The notes beneath the pieces are model-generated. The model worked only from the letters and a program-made list of their open reading frames with translations. It was not told the origin of the DNA and did not search any database. DNA of 63,488 nucleotides, the filler included, from Octopus bimaculoides (taxonomy: Eukaryota), in assembly GCF_001194135.2 (NCBI RefSeq). It is 4 parts of 2 records of this genome, joined end to end, with 100 filler letters (N's around TTAATTAATTAA, not from the genome) between each part and the next. Parts side by side here need not be neighbours in the genome. Positions count along the whole stretch, not along the records: positions 26,433 to 42,954 come from NC_068997.1; positions 43,055 to 55,082 come from NC_068987.1; 2 more parts are not named here. One strand, written 5' to 3'. Position numbers and translations under genes: made by a program. Below are positions 37,352-49,777 of this stretch, in pieces (the first letter of the stretch is position 1; every line of letters starts with the position of its first letter).

Positions 37352-37424
37352 CATCCCTGGTGGGATTCGAACCCACGACCTCTGGATTAGAAGTCCAGCG
37401 CGCTATCCGCTGCGCTACAGGGAC
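37352..37424 (-). tRNA. tRNA-Arg-TCT: tRNA-Arg(TCT), intronless, copy 1
   Basis: GTCCCTGTAGCGCAGCGGATAGCGCGCTGGACTTCTAATCCAGAGGTCGTGGGTTCGAATCCCACCAGGGATG. Complete 73-nt cloverleaf with A and B boxes, anticodon at 37389-37391, 7-T terminator at 37339-37345. Confidence 0.96.
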
Positions 37425-37947
37425 AATACAAAATTTGCTCTTTCTAAATAGCTTTTAACACGAAATTTGTAATGTTGGACAGGTATGGAAGTAATTTGGA
37501 TTTTTTTTTTGTATATATACGCCCACGTGTACGTTTAAATATGCACGTATAAAGTGAAAGTTGCATATTGTAATCACTTACCAAGCAGGTATTGTTATCA
37601 AATTTAGTGCATAAGACACATAACATTACTATATCCACTGCTTTATGTTATCTACTCGACATGAGCCGCACGAACTTCTAGAGATAGCAAGAACCAGATT
37701 TTCCTTCAAAAAAAAGTTGGGTGATCATGCTTGGAACGCTTCAGAATATGGTCTGCTGGACAGCAGATATGGTCACTTGATACTATTAAATATGAAGAAT
37801 AAATGACGGTATATGTATAATTTCAGCCTCTTTTTGTAAGCTACCCATGAGGACGAATTGAGGTAATTTCCTTCTTTAACAAAATAATACAAAAACAGGT
37901 ACTGCCATTTTAATTTAACAAAGAATATGCGGCGAGTGTCGCCATAT

Positions 37948-37989
37948 TTGATCAAGAAACTGACGCGCTGCCAACTGCGCTACCGCGGT
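37948..37989 (-). pseudogene. 5'-half tRNA-Met pseudogene including the first intron bases
   Basis: 36/42 identity to 35601-35642 (ACCGCGGTAGCGCAGTTGGCAGCGCGTCAGTTTCTTGATCAA). No T-arm, B box or 3' acceptor strand follows. Confidence 0.8.
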
Positions 37990-38484
37990 CAATATTTTAT
38001 GATTATAGTCGCGGTATAATTTTGCGAGCGTATCTTTGTGTGTGTGTGTGTGTGTGTGTNNNNNNNNNNNNNNNNNNNNNNNNNNNNNNNNNNNNNNNNN
38101 NNNNNNNNNNNNNNNNNNNNNNNNNNNNNNNNNNNNNNNNNNNNNNNNNNNNNNNNNNNTTATAATTAATGGTCATTACATATTTATGTAATTATGTCTT
38201 GTATATCACTCTGTATAATAATAAAAAAATTAAATACAGATCACAACCATTTAGATCGAACGACGTGATCGATTAAAATTTGTGAAGGGCGTCCCCCAGT
38301 ATGGCCGCTGTCCAATGGCTAGAATCCGAAAAAGAACAAAGGGAAAAAGCCTAGTTCATTGGTTTTCAATTTTCATAGAGAGAACATTTGAAAAAATTAC
38401 AAACAGTTTAAATGAAGTGGAATGAAAATAATTTTCATAAAAATTTAATCTTAAATAGAGAAAATTAGAAAAAAAAAGGTGAAT

Positions 38485-38557
38485 CATCCCTGGTGGGATT
38501 CGAACCCACGACCTCTGGATTAGAAGTCCAGCGCGCTATCCCCTGCGCTACAGGGAC
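38485..38557 (-). tRNA. tRNA-Arg-TCT: tRNA-Arg(TCT), intronless, copy 2
   Basis: Identical to copy 1 at 72/73 positions (D-loop AGGGG versus AGCGG). Oligo-T terminator about 7 nt downstream. Confidence 0.94.
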
Positions 38558-39167
38558 AAGACAGACAGGAATCTTTCTAAATTGTTTTTAACAAGAAGTT
38601 TGTATTGTTAGACAAGTAACGAAGTATTTTGAACTATTTTCTTTGTAGATATACGCCCGCCCACGTGTACGTCTGAATATACACGTATAAGGTGAAAGCC
38701 GCATATTGTAATCACCAAACAATTATTGTTACCAAATTGAGTCCATCAGACACGAAACATTACTATATCCGCTGCTTTATGTCATCAACTCGTTGTTGCT
38801 ACATATTAGATTCCGTCTCTAAAGTGATCATAATATGTTGTAAATAATTACTTTCTTTTCTCGTATCATTCCACTCCATTTAAGTTTTAATTTATTTAGC
38901 AAAATTTGTGTCGTTGACTGAGTTGTGTTATTTCCCTTCGGTAATTATTTATTTGTATATTTCCAATCTTAAGACGTTTCTGGTGCATGAATTGAGAAAG
39001 ATTCATGCTGTTATTTCTAGCTGCGCGGATCGTTCTACTAAGACATGGAGTAAGGCCATGTGGGACAATACCTCTAATTACACAGTTACGTCCCTTTACC
39101 ACCACAGCTGTAAACCCACGCTGGTTCGGTGTCATGACAGTAATGTTGCCTTCAAATTTTGGTACAA

Positions 39168-39360
39168 GACCAGCAATTTTGGGGAAGGGATTAGTTGATT
39201 ATATTGCTCCAGTACTCAACTGGTACTTATTTTATCGATCTCCCAAAAGATGAAAGACAAAGTCGACCTCAGCAGAATTTGAACTCAGAACGTAAAGACG
39301 GACGAAATGCCGCAAAGCATTTTGTCCGGCATGCTAACGATTTTGCCAGCTCGCCGCCTT
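39168..39360 (-). mobile_element. SINE family B
   Basis: Reverse complement of the 35689-35906 family. Confidence 0.85.
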
Positions 39361-39944
39361 TTTTTGTGTGACAGTAATATTAAATCCACTCTAGTTCTTG
39401 GAGGGATTTGAAACAAGTAAAAGAGTAAAAGAGAGCATATCTATTTTAGTCGCAGGTGTGGCTGTGTAGTAAGAGATGCAGGTGTGACCTGTGCTGGTCA
39501 AGGAAAGGTCAGTGCTTTGTTTAGGCTTTGACCTACATTACTGACAAAAGTCTATATAACAGAGAGAATTTCCTATCTCTTTATTGTGTCAGCCAGACCA
39601 ACGAGCGACACGCTCTTTTGCGTCAGCCTTAACTAAGAACAGCACTTCCCTTCGCTCGACATGCAAAGAGAGGCTTTCGGCCGCAAGAAAGGCGATGCTA
39701 CCTTTACCCTTTCTTCCTTTCTAGTCAGCACCGTGCATTCCTTACTCTTTCACTCTCTGCTGACAGACAACCTTTTTCTACACTATCAACTACGGACCAG
39801 TGAGCCAACCTTGTTGTCACTGTCACTACAATTAGTACTGTATTTCTAACTACCTGTCGGGCAAACGAATAAATATATGTAAATAATATGGTTAATAATA
39901 TTTCTTCCATCTTGGTGTTCTTTCTTCCATGTTTACTGGTTTTT

Positions 39945-40178
39945 CCGCCGCGAGAACCGTTAAGTTACGGGGACGTAAACACACCAGCATCGGTTGTCAA
40001 GCGATGTTGAGGGGACAAACACAGACACACAAACACACACACACATATATATATATATACATATATACGACGGGCTTTGGTCGGCCCGAGGCTATAGTAG
40101 AAGACACTTGCCCAAGGTGCCGCGCAGTGGGACTGAACCCGGAACCATGTGGTTGGTAAGCAAGCTACTTACCACACA
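39945..40178 (-). mobile_element. SINE family A, 5' part and linker
   Basis: Head well preserved; linker (CA)/(TA). Confidence 0.85.
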
Positions 40179-40260
40179 TAGATAGATTTTAAATACATAA
40201 ATGTTGATTTCCTTACGCGCTTGTCACCTAGCCATTCGACAAAGAAAGATCAATAGAATA

Positions 40261-40331
<71 letters not shown>

Positions 40332-40527
40332 AATTATTGTGTATAGTGCTCAGGTGCACTGATGCTCAACAAAGGTGCACGTACTGTACATAGAATTATG
40401 TACAAAATAGTAATTCTAAGATAAACACTGAGATTTTATTTGCCTAACTTTTTCAAGGTGGTTCGTGCAGTTAGAAAACTGAACCAAATAAAAGAAAAAG
40501 AAATTTTGTTTTTTAATTGCACATCTG

Positions 40528-40566
<39 letters not shown>

Positions 40567-41636
40567 ATGTGTTGGGGGAGGGGGGGTAAGCGAGAGGTTG
40601 TTCACACCACCTGTCCTCGTCTGTTGTTTTTTTCGTAAATTCTCCCGTATGTATATAAATAGATTGAGACGCGACGGTCAGGTAACTCTGGAAGCCTAAA
40701 GAGAAAACAAGGGCGACAACTGTGAATCTACCCTTAACAAGAAACCGTATTTTGATTCTCACTTGGACCATCGATACCTAATTGCGTTTTTAGTTCAGAC
40801 TAATTTTTTAATTTACTATGTCTTGCACATCGAAGATAATATTTAGCACAATGTTGCGCTTTTCAGCGACTAACCTCTCCCGCAGGGCGTCCGTAATACC
40901 TCGGATGTATTCAGGTAAGTGTTCTATAATGTTATATTTTGTTTTCTCACTTTGTCCGCTAACATGTTCGTTTTATTATTTTTTTAAATCCAAAACATCA
41001 TTTATGAAGCATTTTATTGCGATGTATATGTACATTTATATATATATATTAAAGTGAAATGATATGAAGGCCTCTTTACCACATCTCGTCGTGGTGGAAT
41101 CGAATTTTTTTTTTATCGGGCACGTGTTAGTTTCATGTTTTTAATTATTGTTATTATTTTAACTTCAAGTCAACCTCTATCTAACACATTTTGATACGTA
41201 TTTATTTTGTTACTTGTTAATTGGATGTCAATCCTGAACGAACAGACTTTCTAGCTGTGACCATCTCGACTTCAGAATATCTAGCACTACGTTGTATAGT
41301 GGAGATTACAATGTACACGTTCGTTTTACAGATATTCTTTTAAGACGTTAGGGTGTGTTGTAAATGAAAGGGTGAACCCCGATCAAGCAGACCTTTATTT
41401 AAAGATAGTCCTATCGTGGCCTTCCCATTTTTTTATGTGTATTTTGGTCTGTTCTTATTGTTAATTCACTGTCATCTCTACACAAGCTGACGTTCTGACC
41501 GTGACATCTCCCCAGTTGTGTATCTAGGACTACCTGTACAATATTGTCTACAACGGACTGGTTTTTTTACTATTACACCCGTTTCACGAGACGAGTGTAA
41601 TTGTTGCTCGGCGGAGTTTCGGGGTAGTCATCTCTC

Positions 41637-41667
<31 letters not shown>

Positions 41668-42508
41668 CGGAGAGAAAGAAAAGAACAAAGAATTGGGTGA
41701 TTGTTTCCTTCTGTGAAAGAATTTTTTTTACAATGTACCCGTTCGTTTATTTACTTTTAAAAAAGAAAATAGACGTTAAATAAACACGATGCAAATGAAG
41801 TGGTATGGAAGCTGTCTCATCTCATCACATCACGGCGGAATAGAATTAAATGTATTTAAATCTAACATGTATCCGTGTTATGTTATTGCTGTTATTCTTA
41901 GCTTAAGGTCAATCACGATCAAGCAAATCTGTATTCAAAGGTTATCCAGCCGTGACCCTTCCATCTTTTTAAGTGCATCTTATGTTATTCCTCTTGTTAA
42001 TCCAATGTCATCTCTAAACGAGTTGACGTTCTCGCCATGGCCATCCCATCTCTATAGGTTTATCGAAATTGTTTCGTTGTTGTTGTTAATCCTGTGTTAT
42101 TCCCGAACAAATAGGTTTCAGCCGTAACTATCTCGTCTTCGTCTATCAAGGACTACACTTTCTAGTGTAGTGTATAATTTACTTACTTTGTTTTAAAAAA
42201 AATTATTTACTTTGTTTAGAAAAAACCCTCAGACATGTTTTGCGCATGACGCGCACTCACGCTTGGTAGTCGTAGGATCGATTAGTCACGACTCGCTAGG
42301 TCGGATGCGCGAGTGCGTGCACCGGTACCATTCATCTTGAATAGTACCCACTTTCTATTGTACCCGTTCTTAATTCATTTATTTTTTTGTTGAGGTTAAG
42401 GTGGGATGTGACAACATTTGGTTGTTATTTCTAACAATTCGAACTCATTACGTTAAGGTTTGTTCTAAGACGTAGTGATGTTACGACTTACAATACATGT
42501 TGGCATCT

Positions 42509-42714
42509 AAGGCGGTGTGCTGACAGAATCGTTAACACGCCGGACAAAATGCTTAACGGCACTTCGTTTTAAGTTCTCAGCTCAAATTCCACCGAGGCTA
42601 ACTCTACCTTTCATCCCTTTCGGGGTTGCTAAAATAAGACCCGTTGATCACTGAGGTCGATGTTATCAACTTATCTCTTTTCCAAAATTACAGGCCTTGT
42701 GCTAAAATTTGAAA

Positions 42715-42720
<6 letters not shown>
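42509..42720 (+). mobile_element. SINE family B
   Basis: Collinear with 35689-35906. Confidence 0.8.
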
Positions 42721-42753
<33 letters not shown>

Positions 42754-42805
42754 CAAAGAATATATATACATGTATACACACATATATGTACATACTTACA
42801 TCTAC

Positions 42806-42848
<43 letters not shown>

Positions 42849-43054
42849 TATCAGGGTACAGGACGTTAGAACAATGAACTACAGACAACGGAACGAACAC
42901 ATAGGAAAACGGAAAGCCACTTGGAATATTCCTTCATCAGCTGTCTCTATTCTANNNNNNNNNNNNNNNNNNNNNNNNNNNNNNNNNNNNNNNNNNNNTT
43001 AATTAATTAANNNNNNNNNNNNNNNNNNNNNNNNNNNNNNNNNNNNNNNNNNNN

Positions 43055-43117
<63 letters not shown>

Positions 43118-44870
43118 ATATGAATGTATGTTTACACCCTATATACCCTATCTGCGGTAGAGTAAGTGATATGGAAAAATCAGCAAGATTTTGTAATATT
43201 AAAATTTCTTGTGGGTGTACAAACTTAAGTGTGTGTAAATAAAACACAGTTTTATCTAATCTTAGAGCAATTCACGTAGGTATTAGTTTTTTTCTCAAAA
43301 TACATGTAGAATGTACTCTCAAGCTTGAAGTCTTAGAAAGCCAGAATGAAATTTACGATGTAAAACAGAGTTATTAATATATTACTTTGTATAGCACAAC
43401 ATTGTAAAATACTAAATGAAAATATAATAAATCAATAAAAATTAAAAAAAAAACATGTTGAATTTGGAATAAAACCATATCGAGGAATAAGAATATACAT
43501 ATGTCTATGCGTCAGCGTGTAAACGCGGAGGCGTGTGTGTGTGTATGTGTGTGTGCATACTCGTGTATTGAAGATCGGCGTTTTTATACGAAGAAGGGTA
43601 TTTAACCTAATATTTACACGCTATTATTTATATCATCGCTTGCTTGGAGTTTCACAGGTCCAAAGCAGAATGTGTATGTATGTATGTATGTATGTATGTA
43701 TATACATACTTATATATATATAACATATACGTGTATATATATCAACATTATAAATACATACATATATATATACAAATATATACACACATACATATATCAA
43801 TATATATATATATATTACAGAGATGTACTTGCATAGCAAGTGACCTGATCTGAGATCGTGTGCTGGAACGAAAACAATTGCAGCATGGAAGGTGTTTATA
43901 AGCCATTCAAGAAACACACAAAAACCGTTAGATTCACTTCAACATTTAAATTTAATTTGCCAAAATATTTTCGTCGGTTTGAGACCGCGACCGATAGAAT
44001 AAGTACTAGGCTTACAAAGAATGANNNNNNNNNNNNNNNNNNNNNNNNNNNNNNNNNNNNNNNNNNNNNNNNNNNNNNNNNNNNNNNNNNNNNNNNNNNN
44101 NNNNNNNNNNNNNNNNNNNNNNNNNNNNNNNNNNNNNNNNNNNNNNNNNNNNNNNNNNNNNNNNNNNNNNNNNNNNNNNNNNNNNNNNNNNNNNNNNNNN
44201 NNNNNNNNNNNNNNNNNNNNNNNNNNNNNNNNNNNNNNNNNNNNNNNNNNNNNNNNNNNNNNNNNNNNNNNNNNNNNNNNNNNNNNNNNNNNNNNNNNNN
44301 NNNNNNNNNNNNNNNNNNNNNNNNNNNNNNNNNNNNNNNNNNNNNNNNNNNNNNNNNNNNNNNNNNNNNNNNNNNNNNNNNNNNNNNNNNNNNNNNNNNN
44401 NNNNNNNNNNNNNNNNNNNNNNNNNNNNNNNNNNNNNNNNNNNNNNNNNNNNNNNNNNNNNNNNNNNNNNNNNNNNNNNNNNNNNNNNTATATATATATA
44501 TATATATATATATGGAGGCACATTCTCTCAGACAGACGTTTGCAGACGCATACGAACACGCGTGTACATTCGTATGCAGGTACATGTGTGCGTTTCTGTG
44601 ATCGCGTATATTGTGTACATACGAATATGTGAAAGATGAAAGATATCAAGGATTGGATGTAATTAATGCCAGCAATAGCTGCCGTCAAGAAATATAATAA
44701 AGTCATGAAAAACGTTCCTATTCTCTAAGAAGGATTTCAAACAACTCTTCCCTCTCTCTGTCTCTCACTCTTCCTATCTCCCCCTCTCTCGCTCTGTCCG
44801 TTTTCGTGTATATGTGTATGTCTGTGTATCTGAGCGTCTGTATATAATACAACGCATTTATACTCATGGT

Positions 44871-44915
<45 letters not shown>

Positions 44916-44943
44916 CACATATATACATATGTTTGTATATGTA

Positions 44944-44974
<31 letters not shown>

Positions 44975-45962
44975 TCATATATATTACATATATATATATN
45001 NNNNNNNNNNNNNNNNNNNNNNNNNNNNNNNNNNNNNNNNNNNNNNNNNNNNNNNNNNNNNNNNNNNNNNNNNNNNNNNNNNNNNNNNNNNNNNNNNNNN
45101 NNNNNNNNNNNNNNNNNNNNNNNNNNNNNNNNNNNNNNNNNNNNNNNNNNNNNNNNNNNNNNNNNNNNNNNNNNNNNNNNNNNNNNNNNNNNNNNNNNNN
45201 NNNNNNNNNNNNNNNNNNNNNNNNNNNNNNNNNNNNNNNNNNNNNNNNNNNNNNNNNNNNNNNNNNNNNNNNNNNNNNNNNNNNNNNNNNNNNNNNNNNN
45301 NNNNNNNNNNNNNNNNNNNNNNNNNNNNNNNNNNNNNNNNNNNNNNNNNNNNNNNNNNNNNNNNNNNNNNNNNNNNNNNNNNNNNNNNNNNNNNNNNNNN
45401 NNNNNNNNNNNNNNNNNNNNNNNNNNNNNNNNNNNNNNNNNNNNNNNNNNNNNNNNNNNNNNNNNNNNNNNNNNNNNNNNNNNNNNNNNNNNNNNNNNNN
45501 NNNNNNNNNNNNNNNNNNNNNNNNNNNNNNNNNNNNNNNNNNNNNNNNNNNNNNNNNNNNNNNNNNNNNNNNNNNNNNNNNNNNNNNNNNNNNNNNNNNN
45601 NNNNNNNNNNNNNNNNNNNNNNNNNNNNNNNNNNNNNNNNNNNNNNNNNNNNNNNNNNNNNNNNNNNNNNNNNNNNNNNNNNNNNNNNNNNNNNNNNNNN
45701 NNNNNNNNNNNNNNNNNNNNNNNNNNNNNNNNNNNNNNNNNNNNNNNNNNNNNNNNNNNNNNNNNNNNNNNNNNNNNNNNNNNNNNNNNNNNNNNNNNNN
45801 NNNNNNNNNNNNNNNNNNNNNNNNNNNNNNNNNNNNNNNNNNNNNNNNNNNNNNNNNNNNNNNNNNNNNNNNNNNNNNNNNNNNNNNNNNNNNNNNNNNN
45901 NNNNNNNNNNNNNNNNNNNNNNNNNNNNNNNNNNNNNNNNNNNNNNNNNNNNNNNNNNNNNT

Positions 45963-46222
45963 AGTTCTCGGGGATATTCAGCGTGACACAGTGTGACAAG
46001 GCTGGCCCCTTTGAAATACAGGTACAACAGAAACAAGAAGAAAGAGTGAGAGAAAGTTGTGGTGGAAGAGTACAGCAGGGTTCGCCACCATCCCCTGCCG
46101 GAGCCTCGTGGAACTTTAGGTGCTTTCGCTCAATAAACACTCACAACGCCCGGTCTGGGAATCGAAACTGCGATCCTATGACCGCGAGTCCGCTGCCCTA
46201 ACCACTGGGCCATTGCGCCTCC
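45963..46222 (-). mobile_element. SINE family C, 3' end lost in the N gap
   Basis: Near-identical to 59198-59455 in reverse orientation. Confidence 0.92.
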
Positions 46223-46917
46223 ACATATACATACATACATACATACATACATACATACATACATGCATGCATACATACATACATACACACATGCATACAT
46301 ACATACGTACGTACATACATACATGAACACATACACACACATACATACAAACATACACTAGCATAGCAAGAGGGGGCAGTAGGGGCGATTCGCCGCGGGC
46401 GGCAATATTGGGGTCTCCTATAGGCAATATGTGTTTTTTTGTGGGCGGCACACACTTTAGCTGCACTTGTGTGTACGCATACATAAATTGCCTGTGTGTA
46501 TGCATACAGAGGTCAGTGACACGAAGATAGGGCAACAAAGACTAATAAACATATAAAATAAAACAAGACGAGAGCTTGTTTCTAATGTATATCGTTCACT
46601 ATCTTACGAAAGTTTCATAATGAAAAAAAAAATATTATTATTACTTACGTAATGTACACTGCATGTCTGTATTTGTTCGTGTATGTGTGTATATGTGTGT
46701 GTTGTATATAAAATGGAATCACAAACTAAATACTTCTTGCCACAACTGAAATGTATCTCATCATATTGCATTCCCATTCAGAGTTTGCCAAAGACTAAAA
46801 GACAACCAGGAATATTTTTGATAGAATTGAACCAGTCAGAGATATTCGTTGTTATAAAATACCTCGTTATTGTTTGTACTTTATTAAATAATATTTTATG
46901 ACATTTATAATTTACAG

Positions 46918-47048
46918 TTGCGAACAATGCAAGTGGCTACCTTAGAATACGGTGCTGCCAAATATTTCCTTTCCAAAATCAACCCTAGCCTTTACAATAG
47001 CTTGAAAATGTCTGTGGAATCTATAGAAGAGGCCTTGCAGAAATTAAA
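46918..47048 (+). CDS. Candidate internal coding exon of an unidentified gene (LRTMQVATLEYGAAKYFLSKINPSLYNSLKMSVESIEEALQKL)
   Basis: Acceptor tttataatttacag| and donor AA|gtaagt. 131 nt with only one open frame (phase 0 in, phase 2 out). Non-repetitive, protein-like composition. Confidence 0.6.
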
Positions 47049-47174
47049 GTAAGTAAAAACGTTTATCTTCTGTTTTATTTCTGTCTGTCATTGATGATTT
47101 TGTTGCTTATCACCCTGACCAGCCCAGATGGACTAGATCTCTTATCCAATCTTAACCATTCCGTGTTTGTTTTA

Positions 47175-47432
47175 GTGGAGGTGTGTGGATTAGTGGTTAG
47201 GGTGTTGGAACTCATGATCGTAAGATTGTGGTTTCGATTCCTGCAACCGGTGGCGTGTCGGGTTCTTGAGCAAAATACTTCATTCCACGTTGCTCCAGTC
47301 CACTCAGCTGGCAAAAATGAGTAATCATACGACGGACCGGTGTCCCACCCAGGTGGGGAATATTTGCGCCATGACACCGCGGAAACCGGCTTTTATGAGT
47401 CAGTATGATTCGAGAAGGTAACTTTACGTTTT
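47175..47432 (+). mobile_element. tRNA-derived SINE family D (different tail)
   Basis: A/B-box-like head ending ggtttcgattcc and core ttcttgagcaaaatacttcattccacgttgctccagtccactcagctggcaaaaatgagt. Confidence 0.8.
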
Positions 47433-47487
47433 CTTTGTTCCGTGTTTTATTTAGCCTTTTTTTTTTTTTCATATGTTCGGAACAATA

Positions 47488-47860
47488 CAAAGGTCGGCTG
47501 AAAAGTTCATAGACTGCACCAAAATACTCATATGGTATTGGACCAAATGAGGTTTATTTTTCAATATATTCCCCCTGGTGAGCCATACTCTTCTTCTATC
47601 GGTGTTGCAGTGCTTGGATCCCATTAAGAAAGAAGCTTTCATCCTTTTGGTAAGAAAAAGTCACCAACAGCAGATATGATGTCATCATCACTGCGATACT
47701 TGTTCCCAGGCTAGTGTTTTTTCATGATGAGGAACAGACGATAGTCACATGGGGCTATATCAGGAGAATAAGGAAAGTAATCAACCTGTTCACAGCCATT
47801 GAAATCAAGGGCTTGTGTGCTGGAGTATTGTGCTGGTGAAACATAACCCATCCCTTTCGT
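47488..47860 (-). mobile_element. Mariner 3' fragment
   Basis: TA followed by TIR-like caaaggtcggctgaaaagttcatag. Peptide PYSPDIAPCDYRLFLIMKKH. Confidence 0.8.
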
Positions 47861-48434
47861 TAGTTTTTCTGAGCGCTTGATTGTATAAAGCTTTTCTTTC
47901 AAAAGTCCCAAGTTACTATGGTGGTGGAAAAAAATGTGGAAAGTATGTCATATATGATACATGGATGCTAGGGAAATATTTTCTGTGTATAACATGTGAT
48001 ACACAGGCAAAGGGTTAACTACTTAAAAAAACAAACGCTAGCGCGTGATTCAACGATACTGTTAGTAAGCTATCACTTTCGATATCTTTTGTATCTCCTC
48101 GAAGCTGAAACAACGCTATTTTTTTTATTTTTTTCATTTTAACCCTAAGATCTTTGAAACCCGTTTAAAGGTGATCTGGTTAGAAATTTACAGAGCTTTT
48201 ATATTTAACTTTTTGCAAGTGAATTCAAAGACCAAATCATTCAGGGCTAAATCCAAAGACGAAGTCTATCAATGCTAAAGAGTGCAAATGACATTTAATA
48301 TTTTGATGCTGGTGATCTTTAGACCCGATCATTGCTGATTGAACTTAGTCATATTCAAACGATTGCCAGCCCTGAATTCACCCACACATTTTTATATCCA
48401 GGATGGCATTAACCAGCATGTCCTTCATTTTATA

Positions 48435-48593
48435 CAGCCTTGTCACACTGTGTCACGCTGAATATCCCCGAGAACTACGTTAAGGTTACACGTGTCTGTG
48501 GAGTGCTCAGCCACTTGCACGTTAATTTCACGAGCAGGCTGTTCCGTTGATCGGATCAACTGGAACCCTAGTCGTCGTAAGCGACGGAGTGCC
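48435..48593 (+). mobile_element. 5'-truncated SINE family C tail with TSD
   Basis: Matches the 3' ~160 bp of 59194-59576. Flanked by (cc)ttcattttata at 48422-34 and 48592-604. Confidence 0.9.
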
Positions 48594-49726
48594 TTCATTT
48601 TATAAGATGTATGAGTGCTTTTGCGAGGAAGCTGGCAGTGATTTCTAGCAGATCAAGCAAATGCATACAGGCTACTGGTTTTTTAGCCCCAAGTCAGTCT
48701 ATGTAAAACTGTTACCTTTCCAACCATGACCCGCTCCTGTTACGCTAAAAACAATCAGTATATTTCGGGTGACATTATCTAATGTGTCCTTTTATTTTCT
48801 TTTTGGTGGCCAGTGATCGATTGCTTTTGGCTATTCTGTAACCAATGCAACACCCTTTCTTTCTACCCCGCTCTCCCCCACTCTCCCTCTCTCTCTCTCT
48901 CTTCCTCCCATTTTATCTACCTTTCTCTTTTCATTTGTTCTTCTCTATCTCTCTCTCCCTACGTCACGCCCTCTTAAACAACCAACAAGAACCCAAAAGA
49001 CTAGGTTTTCTATGTTTCACAGCAACTGAACATATCAAACATTTCTAACAAAACACGTATCGATTAGTTATCATACAGATCATTACCAAACAGATTCTGG
49101 GGTCCGCTCTCTCATTTAACATAGACCCGGCTATTATTTCTAGCTGCTAGGTCGAGAGAACATGTGTACCTTTGCTCGTTGGCCTGTATGACTGTTTCTT
49201 TCTCTACGCACATGTGTTTGTATTTGAATCACTATTTGAGGATGTGAATGTATATGTGTAAAATGTGTATATGTATGTGTCTATATATATGTGCAATGTG
49301 TGTGCGTGGGCAAGTGCGAGTGTGTATGTGTGTGTATGTACGTATGTATCGGTACGCGGGTGTGCCTTTGTGTATGCACGCGCATGTACGTGTGAGTTTG
49401 TGTGTGCGTATGTCTATCTTATAATCCGTTCCGATCATTTTGATCTCGTCGCAGTTCTCAAGACATCAAAATGATCGAAGCAGATTTAGAAACCTATAAA
49501 CTATTGTTGATATATAATTCATATAGAAGTTTTACACACACACACACACACACACACAAACAAACATATACACGCACACTCACACACACAACTCTCACAC
49601 TCAAATACGCTCAGATTCACACACACAATACGTTATAAACATATGTATATATGTATGTATGTATGTACGTATGAATGTATATATGTGTGTGTATATGAAT
49701 GTATATATGTATACGTATATGTATAT

Positions 49727-49777
<51 letters not shown>

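Larger units (their letters stand above)
37052..38792. repeat. Diverged direct duplication, 37052-37658 versus 38160-38792, each copy carrying a tRNA-Arg gene
   Basis: Collinear shared blocks such as ttataattaatggtcattacatatttatg, ctagaatccgaaaaagaacaaagggaaaaa, cccacgtgtacg and cattactatatcc, with many substitutions and indels outside the tRNA. Confidence 0.9.

Noticed and set aside
42934-42940. CTGATGA on the minus strand near a gap edge
   Set aside because: No GAAA box downstream; any partner would be in the N gap.
43963-43992. Minus-strand GTCG/CGAC stem, GAAA and palindromic AATATT
   Set aside because: The CUGANGA box is replaced by a SINE A fragment; half motif only.
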